IMG/VR virus record: IMGVR_UViG_3300017785_009958
Source: an uncultured virus (IMG/VR IMGVR_UViG_3300017785_009958)
Taxonomy: Duplodnaviria > Heunggongvirae > Uroviricota > Caudoviricetes
Strand: one strand, 5' to 3'
Length of the DNA stretch: 20,000 nt
This document shows, piece by piece, positions 16,146 to 20,000 of the stretch. The notes beneath the pieces were generated by a model, which did not search any database, had not been told where the DNA came from, and saw only the letters and a list, made by a program, of their open reading frames with translations. The stretch's first letter is position 1; each line of letters begins with the position of its first letter. The position numbers and the translations under genes were made by a program.

Positions 16146-16674
16146 TGTAACCATCTCTGATCTGACACCAGGAACCCCAGCTAGCACCGGTGTGATACCT
16201 TATTCAGATGGTAGCACCACAACAAAGGTGACTTTAAGCCAAGTGTTAGCACTACAATCTGGTGTGCCTGCTGGCTTCATAGGACTGTGGTCTGGTGCAG
16301 CCAATGCCATTCCTACCGGCTGGTTACTATGTAATGGTGCCAATGGTACTCCTAATCTAGTTGATAGATTTGTTGTGGGTGCAGGCACTAGCACGCCAGC
16401 AGTGGGTGCAACAGGTGGAAGCAAAGATACCATAGTTGTTAGCCACTCACATGCAGTCACAGATCCAGGACATGATCATACAAACCCCATCTTCACCAGC
16501 AGTGGTGTCCTTGGCGGGAACAGGTCCTTTCATGGAAGTGCTTATGACTCATATGGCACCACCAAGGCAACAAACAGGTCGACCACAGGCATTAGCATTG
16601 CAGCTACAGGTGCAGCAGGCACCAATGCCAACCTACCGCCTTATTATGCTTTGTGTTACATCATGAAGACTTAG
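16138..16674 (+). CDS. Short tail-collar/fibre-tip protein, paralogue 6
   Basis: Start set at 16138 by homology (MADVTISDLTP); GWLLCNG; HSHAVTDPGHDH; NLPPYYALCYIMK. Confidence 0.87.
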   Translation: MADVTISDLTPGTPASTGVIPYSDGSTTTKVTLSQVLALQSGVPAGFIGLWSGAANAIPTGWLLCNGANGTPNLVDRFVVGAGTSTPAVGATGGSKDTIVVSHSHAVTDPGHDHTNPIFTSSGVLGGNRSFHGSAYDSYGTTKATNRSTTGISIAATGAAGTNANLPPYYALCYIMKT

Positions 16675-16710
16675 TGCACTTTACTGTAAAGTAATTCCTC
16701 ATAAGAGCCA

Positions 16711-16739
16711 TTGACAAATTTTGCAAAAAAAATTATAAA
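16711..16739 (+). promoter_or_regulatory. Near-consensus sigma70 promoter with no downstream plus-strand gene
   Basis: TTGACA(16711-16716)-N17-TATAAA(16734-16739). Confidence 0.55.
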
Positions 16740-16758
16740 ATTTTTTGGCATGCACCTA

Positions 16759-16854
16759 TATAAATTCAGAACGCTTTCTTCTATATGTATAAATTCCCGT
16801 ACTGGGGGATATATCCCCGTGGGGGTTTCTGAGCCCACCTGGGGGTTCTAGAAC
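16759..16854. repeat. Cluster of palindromes and short direct repeats at the convergent late/early junction
   Basis: TATAAATTC twice (16759, 16788); TGGGGG three times (16803, 16820, 16840); palindromes GGGGATATATCCCC (16805-16818) and GTTCTAGAAC (16845-16854); GTGGG/CCCAC stem. Confidence 0.75.
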
Positions 16855-16856
16855 GA

Positions 16857-17042
16857 CTACTGTTTTAAACTAACACCGTTATCCAAATACCAAGGGCGTG
16901 GATCATTCATGTAAGTAAACTCTCTACTACTATCTACATCACCATACCATTTATGTTCACCTTCTACATAACGTTCTATTTGTTTCTTTCTACTTAAGAA
17001 GTACTCCATAGCACTTAACGTCTTAACCTCTGTATCATTCAT
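16857..17042 (-). CDS. Hypothetical early protein
   Basis: 61 aa; AGGAGG Shine-Dalgarno and its own sigma70 promoter. Confidence 0.7.
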   Translation of the reverse strand: MNDTEVKTLSAMEYFLSRKKQIERYVEGEHKWYGDVDSSREFTYMNDPRPWYLDNGVSLKQ

Positions 17043-17053
17043 CTATACCTCCT

Positions 17054-17081
17054 ATTGTATGGGCTATCTATCTATGGTCAA
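17054..17081 (-). promoter_or_regulatory. sigma70-type early promoter
   Basis: TTGACC-N16-TACAAT. Confidence 0.7.
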
Positions 17082-17087
17082 TGCATC

Positions 17088-17160
17088 TGGGCGTACTAGG
17101 ATTCGAACCTAGGACCAAGGCATTATGAGTGCCCTGCTCTAACCGCTGAGCTATACGCCC
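17088..17160 (-). tRNA. tRNA with CAT anticodon (probably Ile2/lysidine type; elongator Met not excluded); CCA not encoded
   Basis: GGGCGTA/TACGCCC acceptor stem, TAGCTCAGCGGTTAGAGC D-arm, GGGCA-CTCATAA-TGCCT anticodon arm, GGTTCGAATCC T-arm, discriminator A. Confidence 0.93.
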
Positions 17161-17166
17161 AACGTA

Positions 17167-17463
17167 CTAGCTAGGCAATGTATCGTAACGTTGCATGGCA
17201 GCATCAATACTCGAGCATGTCCATGCAGTGATGCCCCACAACGATGATCCTGGATAGGTCTCAGATGGCTCGATCATAACACCACCCATCAAGTAGCCAT
17301 TATGTCTACCTATCTTAACTACCTCATAGTTATTCAAAGAGCTATCCTCTCTTGTCTGTTGGAAGATGGCCCTCTTACCCTCTCTCTTTAATTGGGTATA
17401 GGTAAAGCCCTTCTTCTTAAATTGCGTTGGTATCGTTTTATATTCAGTCATGGTTGTCATCAT
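17167..17463 (-). CDS. Conserved phage hypothetical protein
   Basis: FKKKGFTYTQLKREG...YEVVKI...ETYPGSSLWGITAWT; start placed by promoter TTGAGC-N17-TACAAT-N7-ATG. Confidence 0.75.
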   Translation of the reverse strand: MMTTMTEYKTIPTQFKKKGFTYTQLKREGKRAIFQQTREDSSLNNYEVVKIGRHNGYLMGGVMIEPSETYPGSSLWGITAWTCSSIDAAMQRYDTLPS

Positions 17464-17470
17464 ACCGTAC

Positions 17471-17499
17471 ATTGTACAGGCATTAAGCCAATTGCTCAA
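17471..17499 (-). promoter_or_regulatory. sigma70-type early promoter
   Basis: TTGAGC-N17-TACAAT. Confidence 0.55.
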
Positions 17500-18157
17500 G
17501 CTCTTCACGACGATTGGTATGCATCACCGCACCCTCGGATACATATGACTCCAATAGATGCTCTACCAACTCACGTAAGGTACCACCCTCGTGTTGTGTC
17601 TCGGCTGCAGCAGCCAATGCACGATCAATGGCAATGAATCGCTTATCGGACTTCTTTACAACAACCCTCTCTGCACCAATGCGGTATGCATGGAAGGGAT
17701 TCTTATCATCCTTACAATACTTTGACTTATACTTCTTCACGAGGTTAGAAGCCTTCTCATCTAGAGAGGTACGAGCATAGCCTTTGTTCTTAACCTTCTC
17801 TACCTTCAAACCAAATGACTCAGCCTTGGTCTTGAAATGCTTATTATGATACTGATTGGCATTACAGTCTACAACGTTAGCCACATTGTTGGCATAATGA
17901 ACCATCTCATGGATGATGGTCTCACAGATCTCTTCTACACTTCTCTTCAAGGTATCAGCGGTAATATTAATCTCAGGTAGAGTCTTCTTACCATCTTTCC
18001 ACCTACCCTGCCAATACCATCCATAGTAGCTCTGACGTCCACGGTTGGGTATGAGCGTGAATACTGGATTGTCCAACTGGGTATCCAGCTCTGCATTAAA
18101 GAACTCAAACGCTTCTACTAGTTTATCGGTTACTGCTCCTGTAATATTATTATTCAT
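17483..18157 (-). CDS. SprT-like zinc metalloprotease
   Basis: FEFFNAEL, EINIT, ETIIHEMVH (HExxH) and YHNKHFKTKAESFGL. Confidence 0.85.
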   Translation of the reverse strand: MNNNITGAVTDKLVEAFEFFNAELDTQLDNPVFTLIPNRGRQSYYGWYWQGRWKDGKKTLPEINITADTLKRSVEEICETIIHEMVHYANNVANVVDCNANQYHNKHFKTKAESFGLKVEKVKNKGYARTSLDEKASNLVKKYKSKYCKDDKNPFHAYRIGAERVVVKKSDKRFIAIDRALAAAAETQHEGGTLRELVEHLLESYVSEGAVMHTNRREELEQLA

Positions 18158-18343
18158 TTATTTGATCTCCTCATTATGGCTGACTTCTTCTCTCACCTCA
18201 AGCATTGCGTCAGCGTATTTGTATGCTTGATGTGCTACCCACTTAGGTGTGGCAGCGTCTTGTTTCATTAAGCTCTGCATGGCCATAGCCGCAAAGATGT
18301 CTCGGATGTCTCCATTCTGATCGAAGTGATTATGATGCTTCAT
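18158..18343 (-). CDS. Conserved small phage protein (RDxFAAxAMQ...AYxxADAML family)
   Basis: IRDIFAAMAMQSLM...QAYKYADAMLEVR. Confidence 0.8.
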   Translation of the reverse strand: MKHHNHFDQNGDIRDIFAAMAMQSLMKQDAATPKWVAHQAYKYADAMLEVREEVSHNEEIK

Positions 18344-18578
18344 TTACTTGATCTCCTTGGTAAGGCTTCTCTTTCTTAAAAGGCACGAAAGGTTCCACGT
18401 ACAGATGGTTGAAGTCTTTGACTTGTTCATCAGTGGGATACTCAGGTACGGTCTCCAGATACTCCTCAAGGGTTTGCTTCTCATAGTCCCAGTCAGGACT
18501 GTTCTTAACCATCCAAGCAATCTTCTTACAATGCAGGTCTGCGTCATAGGGTTTAGTCTGTTCAATTGTTTCACTCAT
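18330..18578 (-). CDS. Hypothetical acidic early protein
   Basis: AAGGAG Shine-Dalgarno before ATG 18578. Confidence 0.7.
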   Translation of the reverse strand: MSETIEQTKPYDADLHCKKIAWMVKNSPDWDYEKQTLEEYLETVPEYPTDEQVKDFNHLYVEPFVPFKKEKPYQGDQVNEAS

Positions 18579-18587
18579 GGTTCTCCT

Positions 18588-18824
18588 TTAGATCTTATAA
18601 GGGTATGTGATGGTATTGAGCTTGTTGATCACAGTCTCAACTTCATTCAACACCTCATCTTTTGAGAACATGGGCATCATCCCACGCATACCTTCTGGGT
18701 TACTACTGTGATCGGTCATGTTAAGATCGATCATGCGTTTCAGACCAAGCAGCTTGCCAATGGCACTGCCAACGGTATATGCTGTGGTCTCCTCACCTGC
18801 TGCTGCTACATCATGTAATGTCAT
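18588..18824 (-). CDS. Hypothetical early protein
   Basis: Start reassigned to ATG 18824, following promoter TTGCTT-N16-TATACT-N7. Confidence 0.65.
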   Translation of the reverse strand: MTLHDVAAAGEETTAYTVGSAIGKLLGLKRMIDLNMTDHSSNPEGMRGMMPMFSKDEVLNEVETVINKLNTITYPYKI

Positions 18825-18831
18825 ATTCGTT

Positions 18832-18859
18832 AGTATAATGGAAGTTGGGTTTAAAGCAA
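18832..18859 (-). promoter_or_regulatory. sigma70-type early promoter
   Basis: TTGCTT-N16-TATACT; shares AGTTG and ACCCAAC with the promoter at 19519-19547. Confidence 0.65.
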
Positions 18860-18961
18860 CTACCAAATGGCCTTCCATATGAAATAAGTCACTGCACCAT
18901 ACAGGGCCAGTGCTATAATATTGGCTAACACGTTCAATAAGAATTGTATAAACTTATCCAT
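18860..18961 (-). CDS. 33-aa single-pass membrane peptide (not in the ORF track)
   Basis: MDKFIQFLLNVLANIIALALYGAVTYFIWKAIW; TAATG coupling to the upstream gene; fills the gap exactly. Confidence 0.6.
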   Translation of the reverse strand: MDKFIQFLLNVLANIIALALYGAVTYFIWKAIW

Positions 18962-19179
18962 TAGATGACTCCCTGGCCTTCGAACTTGAGCAAAGCGTTG
19001 TAGAACAAGCGCTGTAAGTCGTTGATAGTGTTACACCTATCTATGGCTATGATGAGCTTACGTTTATCGAGAGTGGGTATATCACTGTCCTGTATAGAAC
19101 AAATGAGCGATCCCTTAAGCTCCCTAGGTTCTCGCACGGATAATACGGTGTCTTCGAATGCTCTTAGCTTACTTGTCAT
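18961..19179 (-). CDS. Hypothetical early protein
   Basis: 72 aa; GGAG Shine-Dalgarno; C-terminus LFYNALLKFEGQGVI. Confidence 0.75.
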   Translation of the reverse strand: MTSKLRAFEDTVLSVREPRELKGSLICSIQDSDIPTLDKRKLIIAIDRCNTINDLQRLFYNALLKFEGQGVI

Positions 19180-19182
19180 ATG

Positions 19183-19512
19183 TTAGTCTCCTATGTGGTA
19201 GCACATCTCTACCTTGATATGTTCTGCATCAAGCTGTTCCACTGTAGATACTGTGGTATATCCCCCGAACTTGTTGAAGCGAGCAGGATATAACTTGCTG
19301 AGTGCCTTGTGGATACGACCTTGATCATAAGGGCCATAGAAGGGCACCTTGTAGAAGGAATGGTCATAGTAAGCAGACTGCTTCTGATCACCCAATTGCT
19401 CGCGCTTGTGCCATTTGATACCACCAATGGCTGGCACAGTCACCTGGCGCCATTCACCACCACACACATCTTCATCATAGATCTCGTTGGTTACTGTTCG
19501 GTTTTTCATCAT
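19183..19512 (-). CDS. Hypothetical early protein
   Basis: ORF directly downstream of a sigma70 promoter; ATG 19512 is 6 nt from the -10 box. Confidence 0.7.
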   Translation of the reverse strand: MMKNRTVTNEIYDEDVCGGEWRQVTVPAIGGIKWHKREQLGDQKQSAYYDHSFYKVPFYGPYDQGRIHKALSKLYPARFNKFGGYTTVSTVEQLDAEHIKVEMCYHIGD

Positions 19513-19518
19513 ACACAT

Positions 19519-19547
19519 ATTGTAGGTGATTGTTGGGTAAACGTCAA
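19519..19547 (-). promoter_or_regulatory. sigma70-type early promoter
   Basis: TTGACG-N17-TACAAT. Confidence 0.75.
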
Positions 19548-19548
19548 C

Positions 19549-19779
19549 TTAATAATGATATCGAGACCCTACCCAATTGAAATCATCCATCTGATCTTCT
19601 ACCTTATCAAATTGCTTCATGTAAGGGTGCCATCCATCCAATCGATCTTCAGTCCTCACATCAGCAAAGTCCATGTACAGCTTACCATAATACTCATCAT
19701 CATGCTTGTAGGTGACATGGCAGTCCTTCTGGTAGTCGTTGAGTTGATTGATGCGCTCAGCTAGCTCTCTGTAAGTCAT
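19549..19779 (-). CDS. Hypothetical early protein
   Basis: MTYRELAERINQLNDYQKDCHVT...; GGAG Shine-Dalgarno and ATGA overlap with the upstream ORF. Confidence 0.7.
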   Translation of the reverse strand: MTYRELAERINQLNDYQKDCHVTYKHDDEYYGKLYMDFADVRTEDRLDGWHPYMKQFDKVEDQMDDFNWVGSRYHY

Positions 19780-20000
19780 TTGCTTGCTCCTTCCATCTCT
19801 GCATACCATTTAGACTCAGCTAAACACTCTGCAATAGTAGGCTCCTGCCAATATAGGGTATTGAAGCCCATAATCCAAACATTGACTCCTGGCTTCTTCA
19901 CCCCCCTCATGACCACTTCACCTGCAGGATGCAGTTCACAAGCATCAGTTACAACTGCAATGAATCCATCCCTCACAGATCCACTCACAGTATAGCCCAC
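19776..20000 (-). CDS. Hypothetical protein (5'-truncated by the window)
   Basis: Open frame running off the window end, in tandem with neighbouring genes. Confidence 0.6.
   Translation of the reverse strand: MGYTVSGSVRDGFIAVVTDACELHPAGEVVMRGVKKPGVNVWIMGFNTLYWQEPTIAECLAESKWYAEMEGASK

Noticed and set aside
12492..16674. Diversity-generating retroelement or invertase shufflon driving tip variation
   Set aside because: No reverse transcriptase or recombinase is in the window. There is no TR/VR pair differing only at adenines, and all cassettes are full genes in the same orientation.
18825..18878. N-terminal extensions from the ORF track (also 16123, 17508, 12479, 10920, 19809)
   Set aside because: They overlap promoters or neighbouring genes; downstream starts fit homology or promoter geometry better.
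1..20000. Alternative genetic code (stop reassignment)
   Set aside because: Long genes are intact under code 11, and TAA, TGA and TAG all end genes at homologous positions.

Overview
A 20-kb segment of a large T4-like (myovirus-type) phage genome, with a PVC-superphylum host (probably Verrucomicrobiota) inferred from two small host-like genes. The left and centre hold a 5'-truncated gp5/VgrG-like baseplate hub-spike, class Ia ribonucleotide reductase (nrdA, nrdB), an Mtd_N/S74-chaperone tail fibre, SleB-type and 3D-domain peptidoglycan enzymes, a purine phosphoribosyltransferase, an Hc1-like histone-like protein and many small ORFs. Positions 12492-16674 carry a tandem array of six paralogous short tail-collar (fibre-tip) genes. 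They share an N-terminal module, have variable tips, show mosaicism and include a duplicated promoter-bearing intergenic repeat. At 16675-16856 a palindrome/G-run-rich non-coding junction with an orphan sigma70 promoter separates this late region from a minus-strand early-type region of small genes and a tRNA(CAU), which is strongly depleted of A/T homopolymer runs. Most promoters (T4-late-like TAAATA and sigma70) sit 5-7 nt upstream of the start codon, implying widespread leaderless mRNAs. All family calls come from motif recognition by eye; no searches were run, and all counts are manual.
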